A stretch of 28,820 nt of DNA from a virus. Lineage: Duplodnaviria; Caudoviricetes. Position numbers and translations under genes: made by a program. The stretch spans positions 1 through 28,820 of the IMG/VR virus record IMGVR_UViG_3300044674_002316; one strand, written 5' to 3'. How positions within the stretch are numbered: the stretch's first letter is position 1; each line of letters begins with the position of its first letter. Under the pieces are notes generated by a model, which saw nothing but the letters and a program-made list of their open reading frames with translations, did no database searches and was not told the origin of the DNA. Shown here one piece after another: positions 1 through 9,410 of the stretch.

Positions 1-125
1 AGCAAGAGGGTCGCCAGACCAGCACCCCAGAGCCAGAGGAGATCGAGACAGACGACGACCTCGTGGACGAGCCTGCTGACGAGCCTGATCTGGATATCGC
101 AGACGACGAGAGCGAGGACGACTGA
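1..125 (+). CDS. 3' end of an upstream gene with a very acidic C-terminus (partial)
   Basis: Frame from nt 3 reads QEGRQTSTPEPEEIETDDDLVDEPADEPDLDIADDESEDD and stops at TGA 123-125, overlapping the next ATG (TGATG coupling). Confidence 0.7.
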   Translation, partial: QEGRQTSTPEPEEIETDDDLVDEPADEPDLDIADDESEDD

Positions 126-877
126 TGCCCACATTCATCCACGGTAAAGGTACGAGCGTCCTGCTGGACGAGTTCGACCTCTCCACCTACTTCAACTCTG
201 CTGATGTCGCCATGTCGACTGACACAGCAGAAACCACAGCCTTCGGCCAGTCTTCGAAGTCATATCTAGTCGGCCTGCGTGACGGCACACTCTCCCTCTC
301 TGGGATGTGGGCAGCAGACACAGATGGCTCAGACGAAGAACTATCAGCCATTCTCGGCGCAGCGACCACACCAGTCGTGACCGTCCAGTACAACTCTGGA
401 ACGATCGGTAACCGTGCGACGCTCGCCAAAGCACACGAGACCTCATACTCGATCTCGTCACCAGTCGCAGACATCGTCACCATCACCGCAGACTTCAATG
501 CATCGACAGATGGCACAGCCAATCTGACGCTGAGCATCGCACAAGGAGTCCAGCTGACTGCTGGCTCATCCATAGCGTTCGGCTCACTCGGCGATCTGGC
601 ATCAGTCAACAACACCGCGTCGTCAGCCAACGGTGGCATGGGCAATCTCCATGTGACAGCGAACACGCTGGACGCAGCCTGCACGATCAAGATCCAAGAC
701 TCAGCAGACGACGCGACGTTCGCTGATCTCATTACATTCTCAGCGGTCTCGTCATCGACGGCGACCTCAGAGCAGAAGGCGGTCACCGGGACCGTCGCCC
801 AGTACCTCCGGGCCACGGCATCGTCCGCGGCGACATCCGGTTCCATCACCTTCCATGTGGCGTTTGCACGCTACTGA
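125..877 (+). CDS. Tail tube-like protein with C-terminal extra beta-rich domain (250 aa)
   Basis: N-terminal ~130 aa are clearly homologous to the next ORF (MPTFxHGK, DTAETTAFG, KSYxVGLRDxTLSxSG, SISxPVxDxVTxxADF). Lies upstream of the chaperone and tape measure genes. Confidence 0.7.
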   Translation: MPTFIHGKGTSVLLDEFDLSTYFNSADVAMSTDTAETTAFGQSSKSYLVGLRDGTLSLSGMWAADTDGSDEELSAILGAATTPVVTVQYNSGTIGNRATLAKAHETSYSISSPVADIVTITADFNASTDGTANLTLSIAQGVQLTAGSSIAFGSLGDLASVNNTASSANGGMGNLHVTANTLDAACTIKIQDSADDATFADLITFSAVSSSTATSEQKAVTGTVAQYLRATASSAATSGSITFHVAFARY

Positions 878-898
878 TTTACTAGGAGACACACAGCC

Positions 899-1306
899 AT
901 GCCCACCTTTGTTCACGGCAAATCCACTCACTTCGAGATCGACGACACTGGCGGCACCAGCCGCGACATCAGCGACACGCTGACCTCAGTCGACTTCCCA
1001 GAGACCATCGACACCGCAGAGACAACTGCTTTCGGTGCGACCTCCAAGTCGTACATCGTCGGTCTGCGTGATGCGACGCTCTCAGTCTCAGGCATCTGGG
1101 ACGCAACTGTCGACGGCTACTTCATCGGCACAGAGCCTGCCAGCCGCACGTTCATCTACGGCCCTGCTGGTGACACCGGTGGCAACGTCAAGTACACGGG
1201 CGAGGCCATCCTCACCTCATTCTCAATCTCCAATCCAGTCGGTGATGTCGTCACCTACTCCGCTGACTTCCAGGTCACCGGAGATGTGACTCGCACCACC
1301 TTCTGA
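899..1306 (+). CDS. Major tail (tube) protein (135 aa)
   Basis: Strong SD (AGGAG). Thr/Gly-rich beta protein ending YSADFQVTGDVTRTTF. Sits immediately before the tail assembly chaperone, the canonical siphovirus order. Confidence 0.8.
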   Translation: MPTFVHGKSTHFEIDDTGGTSRDISDTLTSVDFPETIDTAETTAFGATSKSYIVGLRDATLSVSGIWDATVDGYFIGTEPASRTFIYGPAGDTGGNVKYTGEAILTSFSISNPVGDVVTYSADFQVTGDVTRTTF

Positions 1307-1337
1307 TCCCCACCACAACTGACAAGGAGTGACCACA

Positions 1338-1721
1338 GTGTCCATCAGAGACAAAATCAAGCAATCACAGGATCAGCGTGGCGAGACCATGCAGATCCCA
1401 GAGTGGGATGTGACCGTGGAGGTGCGCTCAATGAGCGCACGCCAACGCGCCCAGATGCAGAACTACGTAGGAGACGACGATCAGACTGCAGGAGAACGGC
1501 AGGAGGCTCTTTGGGGCTTCCTGCTGACCTCGTGTGTCTACGATCCAGAGACTGGCGACCCTGTGTTCTCAGACGGAGACATGGAGTGGCTGCTGGAGGA
1601 CAAGTCGTTCGCTGTGATCGACAGGCTCACCAGCAAGTGTCTCAGCGTGTCAGCGGTCGGTGCTGACGCTGTGGATGACGCGGGAAAAGACTCCTCGGAT
1701 TCCCAGACGAACGAGGAGTAA
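1338..1721 (+). CDS. Tail assembly chaperone (gpG-like)
   Basis: Located between tube and tape measure genes. GTG at 1338 is 8 nt after AAGGAG, a better start than 1329. Contains an in-frame slippery site G GGA AAA. Confidence 0.8.
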   Translation: MSIRDKIKQSQDQRGETMQIPEWDVTVEVRSMSARQRAQMQNYVGDDDQTAGERQEALWGFLLTSCVYDPETGDPVFSDGDMEWLLEDKSFAVIDRLTSKCLSVSAVGADAVDDAGKDSSDSQTNEE

Positions 1722-1903
1722 CCCATCCGGAACGCAGGTTCGTATTCAGCCTCGCACGAGAGTTGGGCATGACTGTCAGCGAGCTGGAGACACGCATGAC
1801 GAGCGCAGAGCTCGTCGAGTGGATGGCTCTCTACAAACTGGAGGCAGCAGAAAGAGATCACCAGCAGCAGGTGGCAAAGCAACGGAGCAAGAGAAGGCGG
1901 TAG
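1338..1903 (+). CDS. Tail assembly chaperone, -1 frameshifted product (gpGT-like)
   Basis: The -1 frame after GGGAAAA (1682-1688) stays open: RLLGFPDERGVTHPERRFVFSLARELGMTVSELETRMTSAELVEWMALYKLEAAERDHQQQVAKQRSKRRR, stop TAG 1901-1903, just before the TMP ATG. Confidence 0.8.
1682..1688 (+). other. Programmed -1 ribosomal frameshift heptamer GGGAAAA
   Basis: X XXY YYZ pattern in the correct phase of the chaperone ORF. The same heptamer is used in mycobacteriophage tail chaperone genes. Confidence 0.8.
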
Positions 1904-1906
1904 GAC

Positions 1907-4900
1907 ATGGCTGATGCAGTCGTAGGCAGGATCAAAGCTGTCGTTACTGCTGACGCTACTGGGCTGACCTCCAGTCTCGACAGAGCCACCAGCAAACTCA
2001 AGACGTTCGGTGACAATGCGACGAGGGTGGGTCGTACTCTCACGACCCGGCTGACGCTCCCTCTGGTGGGAGTGGGTGTCGCAGCAGTCAAGACTGCTTC
2101 TGACTTTGAGAGGTCGATGACCTCCATCACAGCACTCGTCGGTGTCGCCCGTGACGAGGTCAAGCGCATGGAGACAGGTGTGCGCTCGATGGCTGTCCAG
2201 TTCGGCAAGAGTGGATCTGAGGCAGCCAACGCCCTGTTCTTTATCACCTCTGCTGGTCTGCGTGGATCTGTAGCGACAGACACCCTCGCAGCGTCACTCA
2301 AAGCGTCAGCGATCGGTCTGGGTGACACAGCCACCATCGCAGACCTCGCCACCTCTGCGCTCAACGCCTACGGTGCGGACGTTCTGTCTGCTGCACAGGC
2401 GACAGACGTAATGACTGCCACGGTGCGTGAAGGCAAGCTGGAGGCCAGCGAGCTCGCAGGCTCTATGGGTCGAGTGCTGCCTCTCGCATCAGCGATGGGT
2501 GTGGAGTTCAACGAGGTGGGTGCAGCGTTCGCTGCTCTGTCTCGTACTGGCACAAACGCAGCAGAGGCAGCCACCCAGATCCGTGGCATCCTCTCGTCGC
2601 TGTTGCGACCCACCAAACAGGCAGAGGATGCTCTCACAGGGATGGGACTCTCCTCAGAGGGTCTACGGAAGCAGATCCAGGAGGAGGGACTGCTCTCGAC
2701 ACTCAAGACGCTCGCTGATGAGTTCGCTGGCAACGAGGCAGCAGCAGCATCGGTGTTCGGCAACATCCGTGCGCTGTCTGGTGTGCTCGACCTCATGGGA
2801 GCCAACGTCGCTACGACAGAGGCGATCTTTGCGTCGATGACAGACACGACTGGAGCCGTCGACGCAGCGTTTGCAGAGGTATCACAGACAGCATCGTTCC
2901 AGTTCCAGCAGGCGATGGCGCAGACAAAGGACAGCCTGCTGACACTCGGTCAAGAGTTGATGCCTATGGTGACTGATGCTCTAGAGCTCGTCGTCGGTGC
3001 GATCAGATCAGTCACAGACACATTCAGCAATATGTCTGATGGCACGAAACAGATCGTGACCTCCCTAATGGGTGTCGCTGCTATTGCTGGCCCGGTGGCT
3101 CTCGGTATCGGTGCGATATCGAAGGCTCTGGTCGCTCTGCGTGCTGCGAACCCGTGGGTGTTGGCGTTGACTACAGCGTTCACCGGTCTAGGCATCGTGC
3201 TGGGGTCGTACTACAACAACGCTCGTGAGGCGAAGGATCGACAGGAGAGCCTGACCCAAGCGTTCCGTGACGCTGGAGATCCAGCGACGACGGTGACTGA
3301 CCGCCTGTCGGCCATCGCAGACTCAATGGGTTTGATCTCTGCAGCAGAGCCGAAAGCAGAAGCTGACTTCTCTGAGTTCATGGCTGGGGTCGTCCTGCAG
3401 TCAGAGATCGCAAAGAACGAGGTCACGAGTGCGTTCCAAACTTTGGGTGACGACTCTCGTGCAGCGATTGAGTCGTTTGTCGATGCTGGTGGCGACGCAT
3501 TCACAGAGTTCATCACAGGCGCAAACGACATCGAGACTGCTCTCGCCAATATCGAAGATGCAGCCTTGTTCGGTGAGGGTGCTGTCGCTGACTTTGCGCT
3601 GGATCTGATGAACGCTGGCGACATCGCCAATATGACGTTCGACGATCTACTAGGAGTCGTCGATGCGATCCAGAAGACTGCTGACGCACAGGCAGATCAT
3701 CGTGCAGACGTAGAGGCGACCAACAAGGAGTACATCGAGTCCGGGCAGATCTACGAGGACTTTGGGCATATCCTCGGAGATACAGTCGTCGCTGGCTATG
3801 TCGCAGCAGCAGAGGAGTCTGGCAACTACACCGATGAGCTGATCCGGCTCGATAGGTCGCTTGGGTATGCCATCGCAGAACTGGGTGTCGCAGAGGGATA
3901 CACACGAGATCTCGAAGCAGCGACCGCTGCACTCGTCGGTTCGACTGATGTGGTCAGCGGCACGATTGACGATATGGGATACGCTCTGCTCAGAGCAGGC
4001 GAGATTCTGGGCTACGACATCGAGCAGACACAGGGACTCGTGCAGGCACTCGGCATCCTCGATCGGCTGTCGCCAGAGGTGCGTGTCGCTCTAGGGCTGG
4101 AGGTCGAAGGCGGTCAGCAAGTGCTCGCTCTCATCGACCAGTTGCTCAGTATGGAGATGAGCAAGTTCGGTGGCCGCTTCGGTCCAGAGTTCTTTGATGC
4201 CAACCCTGCGATCCAGCAACTCGTCGAACTGAGGTATGCGCTATCGCAGGCTCTCGCCAATCCGCAGTCAGTATCAGGCGGTGGTGGTGGTGGCGGTGGC
4301 GGTGGATCGTCGCCTGCGTCGGAGGCCATCGATGAGGTCGCTCGTGCAGCAGAGGAGGCTCAGCGACAAGCAGACCAACTCAGCCGTGCAGTCGCCCAGC
4401 TCGGTGAGTCGTTCATGGGTCGTGACTTCTCTGAGACCCTGTTTGGCGCATCACCAGATGAGATCGCCAACATCTTTGAGGATCTGGTGGGCGAGCTGGA
4501 TCGTCTCGGTCTAGTGACTGAGGAGAACGGACCGGCGATCATCGCTCTCGGCGAGCAGTTCAAAGCAGCAGCGAGCGCAGCTGAGGAACTACAAGAGGCG
4601 ACAGAGGCTCTAGCAGCAGCACAGGACGAACTGGCTCGACGCGAGAAGGTGCTGTCTGATCTCAGAGATGAGTACGCATCATTCCGAGATGAGTTCGTGT
4701 CTGGTGGCAAACAGTTTAAGATCGCTGGCGACAAAGATCCTCTGTCGATTGCTCTGCGAGGCATCGAAAAGAACCTGCCAAAACTACGGGCAGCACAGAA
4801 CGAGCTGGACAGACTCAAGAGTGAGAAGGGTTCATATCAGCAGCAAGTGCAAGATATGTTCGCACCTGGGCTGTCGCCTGACACAAACGTCATGGCACAG

Positions 4901-6001
4901 ACCCAGCGTCTGCTGGGACAAGCCAGAGAGTTCCGCGACAACCTCATCAAACTGCGGGACAAAGGATTCCCACCAGATGTCCTCGCAGAGGTCGTCAACG
5001 CAGGTCTGCAAGGTGGTGCTCGACTTGGGCGACATCTGCTGCGTATGGGAACGGGCGAAATGTCCGAGTTCCTACAGATGCGTGACGAGATCTCTCGTAT
5101 CGGTGCTCAGACAGCGAAGGTTGCTGGCGAGGTCATCTTCGGTGCAGACATCGCTGGCGCACAGGGCGAGGTCGACAGGCTCGTCGGTGTCGTGGATCGT
5201 CTGTACAAGAATGCGATCAACGAGGCACGCAAAGATGTAGAGCAGGGCAAGTCTGCTGTGGACAGCCTCACAGAGGCACTACAGGCAGCCACAGCGCAGA
5301 TGGCGACTCTCGTCGACAACATCCAAGTCAATCTGTTCAACGCTTTCAACAACTTCCTATCAAAGATCGGTGGAGAGGTCGCCACTCTCACGGGTACGCC
5401 GTACGAGATGGCTGTCAATATCGATCTGACTGCTATCGACCGGTTGACGAATCTCATCGCAGATGTGACAGACACGACTGCTCCTGCGCCGACACCTGCT
5501 CCAGGTGGTGGCGGTGGCGGCGGTGGTGGCGGTGGATCTGTACCCGCACCAGCACCTGCGCCAGCTCCAGAGCAGACATACACAGTCAAGAGTGGCGACG
5601 GCCCGTATCGCATCATCGCTGCGCTCACAGGCTCAGCATCTGGATGGGCGAGCAAAGGCAAGAAACTGTGGGAGCACAATGGGCTGTTCTGGCGGTCGTC
5701 GTCAGACTGGCAGACGATCCATCCCGGGATGGTGCTGCGTGTCCCTGCTCTAGCAAAGGGTGGGAAGGCTCGTGGAGGTATGCCACACCTCGTCGGCGAG
5801 ATGGGACCGGAACTGTTTGTTCCAGAGTCCTCTGGATATGTCGTACCCAATCATGCTCTAGGCGGTGGAGAGACCACAGTCAACGTCACGATCAACACCC
5901 ATGCTGGTATGCGCCCAGAGGACATCGTGCGAGAGATCGAGAAGTACACCCGTCGTCGTGGGAATCTGTCTATCCCAACTGTGAACACTCGCAGGTTCTG
6001 A
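1907..6001 (+). CDS. Tape measure protein (TP901-like core) with LysM domain near the C-terminus (1364 aa)
   Basis: Long Ala/Gly/Leu-rich helical ORF after the chaperone, with a TP901-type N-terminal core. LysM-like TYTVKSGD...IHPGMVLRVP and the C-terminal LVGEMGPELFVP motif common in tape measures. Confidence 0.9.
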   Translation: MADAVVGRIKAVVTADATGLTSSLDRATSKLKTFGDNATRVGRTLTTRLTLPLVGVGVAAVKTASDFERSMTSITALVGVARDEVKRMETGVRSMAVQFGKSGSEAANALFFITSAGLRGSVATDTLAASLKASAIGLGDTATIADLATSALNAYGADVLSAAQATDVMTATVREGKLEASELAGSMGRVLPLASAMGVEFNEVGAAFAALSRTGTNAAEAATQIRGILSSLLRPTKQAEDALTGMGLSSEGLRKQIQEEGLLSTLKTLADEFAGNEAAAASVFGNIRALSGVLDLMGANVATTEAIFASMTDTTGAVDAAFAEVSQTASFQFQQAMAQTKDSLLTLGQELMPMVTDALELVVGAIRSVTDTFSNMSDGTKQIVTSLMGVAAIAGPVALGIGAISKALVALRAANPWVLALTTAFTGLGIVLGSYYNNAREAKDRQESLTQAFRDAGDPATTVTDRLSAIADSMGLISAAEPKAEADFSEFMAGVVLQSEIAKNEVTSAFQTLGDDSRAAIESFVDAGGDAFTEFITGANDIETALANIEDAALFGEGAVADFALDLMNAGDIANMTFDDLLGVVDAIQKTADAQADHRADVEATNKEYIESGQIYEDFGHILGDTVVAGYVAAAEESGNYTDELIRLDRSLGYAIAELGVAEGYTRDLEAATAALVGSTDVVSGTIDDMGYALLRAGEILGYDIEQTQGLVQALGILDRLSPEVRVALGLEVEGGQQVLALIDQLLSMEMSKFGGRFGPEFFDANPAIQQLVELRYALSQALANPQSVSGGGGGGGGGGSSPASEAIDEVARAAEEAQRQADQLSRAVAQLGESFMGRDFSETLFGASPDEIANIFEDLVGELDRLGLVTEENGPAIIALGEQFKAAASAAEELQEATEALAAAQDELARREKVLSDLRDEYASFRDEFVSGGKQFKIAGDKDPLSIALRGIEKNLPKLRAAQNELDRLKSEKGSYQQQVQDMFAPGLSPDTNVMAQTQRLLGQAREFRDNLIKLRDKGFPPDVLAEVVNAGLQGGARLGRHLLRMGTGEMSEFLQMRDEISRIGAQTAKVAGEVIFGADIAGAQGEVDRLVGVVDRLYKNAINEARKDVEQGKSAVDSLTEALQAATAQMATLVDNIQVNLFNAFNNFLSKIGGEVATLTGTPYEMAVNIDLTAIDRLTNLIADVTDTTAPAPTPAPGGGGGGGGGGGSVPAPAPAPAPEQTYTVKSGDGPYRIIAALTGSASGWASKGKKLWEHNGLFWRSSSDWQTIHPGMVLRVPALAKGGKARGGMPHLVGEMGPELFVPESSGYVVPNHALGGGETTVNVTINTHAGMRPEDIVREIEKYTRRRGNLSIPTVNTRRF

Positions 6002-6004
6002 CCG

Positions 6005-7420
6005 ATGGCTATCTATGTGGAATGGGAGTTCTACATGGGGTCGTTCGCCACCGCGGGAACCCAGGTAGCGACAGATGGCATCCCTGACGCAGCGATTGAC
6101 TTTACCTCTCGTGCTCGACAGATGGAGGTCACAGCCAGCGTACAGATAGGCAAAGTTGGGAGTTCGTCTGCGAGCGTGCGTATCGACAACTCTGATGGTG
6201 CGTTTACACCGTTCGGTGGTGGCACATACGAAGACTGGGACTGGCTGGCAAACCCCATTTACATACGAGCAAAGACTGGGACTAATCCTGCGTCGCTCAG
6301 CGATCAGATTCCGCTGTTTATCGGGGTCGTCTCTGATGTCAGATACTACGACGATGGGTTCTCCTCATACATCGACATCTCTGCTGATGATGCCTACACG
6401 CTGATTGCTCGTACCACAGCAGACAGCGAGTTCGACAACATCGGTGCAGCGACTGTGCTCCCAGACATAGCGACCACCCTCTGGAACAACTACACACCGT
6501 CTGGCTCCATACCAGCATTCGGTTCTGACTTTACGTACTACACCGCCTACGACACTGTCATACCGCTGGGCTACACACGCACTGGATCGTTTGCTGGCAC
6601 GACCGGCGAGGATCTGGAACTCATCGTCGAAGTCGGCGAGTTTGTAGGTGACGCTCTCGCAGAGATGGCAGCCGCAGAACATGGTGTCATCTTGCCTATG
6701 CGAATGGATTTCGATTTCGTGTTCGGGTTCCCACCGTTTGGGTCGTTGCGATACGAGCACGGCATGATCGCCCGCGACTGGCTCTGGACAGGATCAAGCG
6801 CAGGACTCGCCACAGCTGAATACGAGTTCGTCGAAGGTACACCTACTGCGGCACAGATGCCATTCATCCGTCCACAGGTGGGCTTCAATATCGACCAGAT
6901 CATCAACGAGGCTGCTGCGACTGTCGCTGGCGGTATCACTCAGTCAGCGTCTGGAACGAGCGTCGCAACATACGGGCCACGCTCAGTGGAGTTGTCCAAT
7001 CTACCGATGGGATTCGACACGCAGGCTCTGGAGCTCGCTGAGCATCTGGTCACTCGCTACGACTCAGTCGAATACTTTGTGCAGTCAGTCACGGTGACAG
7101 GTGGGATGATCCGTGACAAGTGCGCTGACGCTGCACTCTCTGTAGTCAACGACCTAGTGACACAGACACGAGTGAACAATGTGAACTTGACAAACCCGGG
7201 TCGCCTCGTCGGACCGCTATTCCATCCTGCACACATTGAGTTCACTGGTGCAGGAGGTGTCACCCTCGATAGTCGCGTCGCCTTCCAACAGGTGTCGTAC
7301 ACGATCACTCCTACGGACTGGGAGGTCACGTTGGGTGACGGTCGTGACGCTGTCTCCACCTATGGGTTCGTGCTGGGTCTCGACGACTACGGCGTGCTGG
7401 GGACAAACAAGGTGGCGTAA
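6005..7420 (+). CDS. Minor tail / baseplate protein (471 aa)
   Basis: Follows the TMP. Motifs IDNSDGAFTP, SVATYGPRS and C-terminal GFVLGLDDYGVLGTNKV resemble actinophage minor tail proteins. Confidence 0.7.
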   Translation: MAIYVEWEFYMGSFATAGTQVATDGIPDAAIDFTSRARQMEVTASVQIGKVGSSSASVRIDNSDGAFTPFGGGTYEDWDWLANPIYIRAKTGTNPASLSDQIPLFIGVVSDVRYYDDGFSSYIDISADDAYTLIARTTADSEFDNIGAATVLPDIATTLWNNYTPSGSIPAFGSDFTYYTAYDTVIPLGYTRTGSFAGTTGEDLELIVEVGEFVGDALAEMAAAEHGVILPMRMDFDFVFGFPPFGSLRYEHGMIARDWLWTGSSAGLATAEYEFVEGTPTAAQMPFIRPQVGFNIDQIINEAAATVAGGITQSASGTSVATYGPRSVELSNLPMGFDTQALELAEHLVTRYDSVEYFVQSVTVTGGMIRDKCADAALSVVNDLVTQTRVNNVNLTNPGRLVGPLFHPAHIEFTGAGGVTLDSRVAFQQVSYTITPTDWEVTLGDGRDAVSTYGFVLGLDDYGVLGTNKVA

Positions 7421-8811
7421 TGGCGATAGCGACCGACTGGAAGGTACTTGCTGCTCGCCCACAGCCAGACAGCAACATGACCGTGACTGGTGGCGTACCT
7501 GACGAGCGATTCGACCTCACCCCATACATCAAAGGTTTGGACTTCGTGCAAGAGATCGAGTATGGGCAACTCGGCTCTGGCGTGTTGACGATGACGCTAG
7601 AGAACTCCACTGGCGGGTTCACACCACAGCAGTACGACGACGAGTTCGCATACGACTCTGACCGGTTCTACAACAACGGGCTGAACTGGTTCGACACATG
7701 GCTGGTCTATCTGCAGGGCTTCGCTGATACTGGTCCTGGTACGACTCTCGCATCGCAGTATGCGCTCATCCCCACCGATGTTGACTTCACAGATGATGGA
7801 TATCAGTCGACGATCACTGTGACAGCAATGGACTACACAGTCTGGCTTGAACGCAACGCTCTCGCGGAGCTGGCGATCTCTGGTGCTAATAGCCGGGTCG
7901 TGCTGAACACGCTGCTGGAGCAGCACACCCAAGCGTTCGGTGCGAACGAGTACGACATACCTATCCCTCCTTCGGGCGTGCAGATCGAGTACGGCGACAC
8001 AGACCTCACGTTCCCTGACGGTGTGTCTGTCGCTGAGGTGTGGGCGCAGATCGCCGCTAACGAGGAACTGTTGATCTTCCCTGTGTACGTCGGTTCATAT
8101 TTCTCATTCCCGTTTATCAGTACGACGCTTGTGTCAATGATCGTCCGCATCATCACCACCGAGTCGCTGTACCGCTCTGACGATGTCCTGAGATTTAGCG
8201 ATCCGTCAACCATCGCTGCTGGTCGTGACGATGGGCTGGGTGGCACGATCTACGACCTGTTGCCGTTTCGTGACCTCCAGTTCGGGACGACAACAGACAG
8301 GCTGACAACGCAGGCACACATGGCGAACAGTTCTGCTGTGTCCTCGACCTCAACGAACACGACAAGCACAGCGACGTATGGTACGCGTGGCGCACGTTTC
8401 AGTGATCTACCTCCCACAATCGTCACATCGGGTACACAGCAGGACTATCTCGATGAGAAGGCTCTGACGCTCACGACATGGTGGGACACGGTGGAGAACT
8501 ATGTCGAAGGCATTGAGATCAGCGAAGGCATGGTGGAGCAGTTCTGTGACGACGATGCTCTCACCTCTGTGCAACGTCTGTTCCAGGACGGACTGTTCTT
8601 TGTGACCTTGATCGACATACTCGGAGCTGGTGGAACGAACACGCAGGCGAGCAACACCTTCCTGCGGTCGGTGCTCTCAATCACGCCTCGTGGCTGGGTG
8701 ATACGGTTGGAACGCGGCATCGGTTCGACATCGGGTTTCGGGTTACGGCTCGACGATGAGGAGATCGGTGTGTTGGACGAGAACAGGGTCGGTGCGCCGA
8801 CTAGGAGATAG
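7420..8811 (+). CDS. Minor tail / baseplate protein, paralog of the preceding gene (463 aa)
   Basis: TAATG coupling. Shares LENSTGGFTP, DDGY/F-S-I, ATYGTR and the C-terminal GLRLDDEEIGVLDENRV pattern with 6005..7420. Confidence 0.7.
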   Translation: MAIATDWKVLAARPQPDSNMTVTGGVPDERFDLTPYIKGLDFVQEIEYGQLGSGVLTMTLENSTGGFTPQQYDDEFAYDSDRFYNNGLNWFDTWLVYLQGFADTGPGTTLASQYALIPTDVDFTDDGYQSTITVTAMDYTVWLERNALAELAISGANSRVVLNTLLEQHTQAFGANEYDIPIPPSGVQIEYGDTDLTFPDGVSVAEVWAQIAANEELLIFPVYVGSYFSFPFISTTLVSMIVRIITTESLYRSDDVLRFSDPSTIAAGRDDGLGGTIYDLLPFRDLQFGTTTDRLTTQAHMANSSAVSSTSTNTTSTATYGTRGARFSDLPPTIVTSGTQQDYLDEKALTLTTWWDTVENYVEGIEISEGMVEQFCDDDALTSVQRLFQDGLFFVTLIDILGAGGTNTQASNTFLRSVLSITPRGWVIRLERGIGSTSGFGLRLDDEEIGVLDENRVGAPTRR

Positions 8812-8822
8812 AAGGACGAGAG

Positions 8823-9401
8823 ATGCCATACCCATTCACTAACGGAGATGTGCTCACGCACAGCGACATGAACGCTGTCGGCTTGCACCTCATCACGCCG
8901 TCATCTGTTACTGGTGGCACGCTCTCAGGTGCGACTGCAAACATCGGTAGCGGTGTCACCTCTGTTCGTGTTGACGGTGTGTTCTCCGCAGACTTTGAGA
9001 ACTACCGGGTCGTCATCACGAATCCCGATGCCTCCACAGGTTCCGGCGTGGAACTCCGTTTCGGGCTGGGGTCTGCGGCGGCTTCGTATTACGGCTACAC
9101 ATGGGGCTACATTTACACCGGCACGGCTATCTCATACGCAAGAAGTGCCTCGTCAACACCGTGGACTGTTGGACATACATCGACTTCACAGAACTCGCTT
9201 ACGACTGTTGACGTAGCCACGCCATTTGAGAGCAGTCGCTACACAACAATCACGACTGTCTCCAGCGGTTCGTCGTACCAACTGGTCGGCGGTGGCTCAC
9301 ACGCTGTCAACGTGAGTCACACAGCGTTGACTCTTTACATAGGAGCAGGCACGTTCAATGGCATCGGCACGATCCGTGTCTACGGCTACAGCAACGGGTG
9401 A
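8823..9401 (+). CDS. Tail fibre-associated / receptor-binding protein (192 aa)
   Basis: N-terminal FTNGDVLTHSDMN anchor motif, Gly/Ser/Thr-rich beta domain ending GTIRVYGY, position in tail module. Confidence 0.6.
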   Translation: MPYPFTNGDVLTHSDMNAVGLHLITPSSVTGGTLSGATANIGSGVTSVRVDGVFSADFENYRVVITNPDASTGSGVELRFGLGSAAASYYGYTWGYIYTGTAISYARSASSTPWTVGHTSTSQNSLTTVDVATPFESSRYTTITTVSSGSSYQLVGGGSHAVNVSHTALTLYIGAGTFNGIGTIRVYGYSNG

Positions 9402-9410
9402 GGTAACAGC

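Noticed and set aside
1660-1914. 84-aa ORF listed in the track
   Set aside because: Wrong frame. The -1 frame ending at 1903 is the plausible chaperone extension.
187-8888. Many long antisense and alternate-frame ORFs across the tail module
   Set aside because: Expected in GC-rich coding DNA. They show no motifs or SD support and conflict with coherent structural genes.
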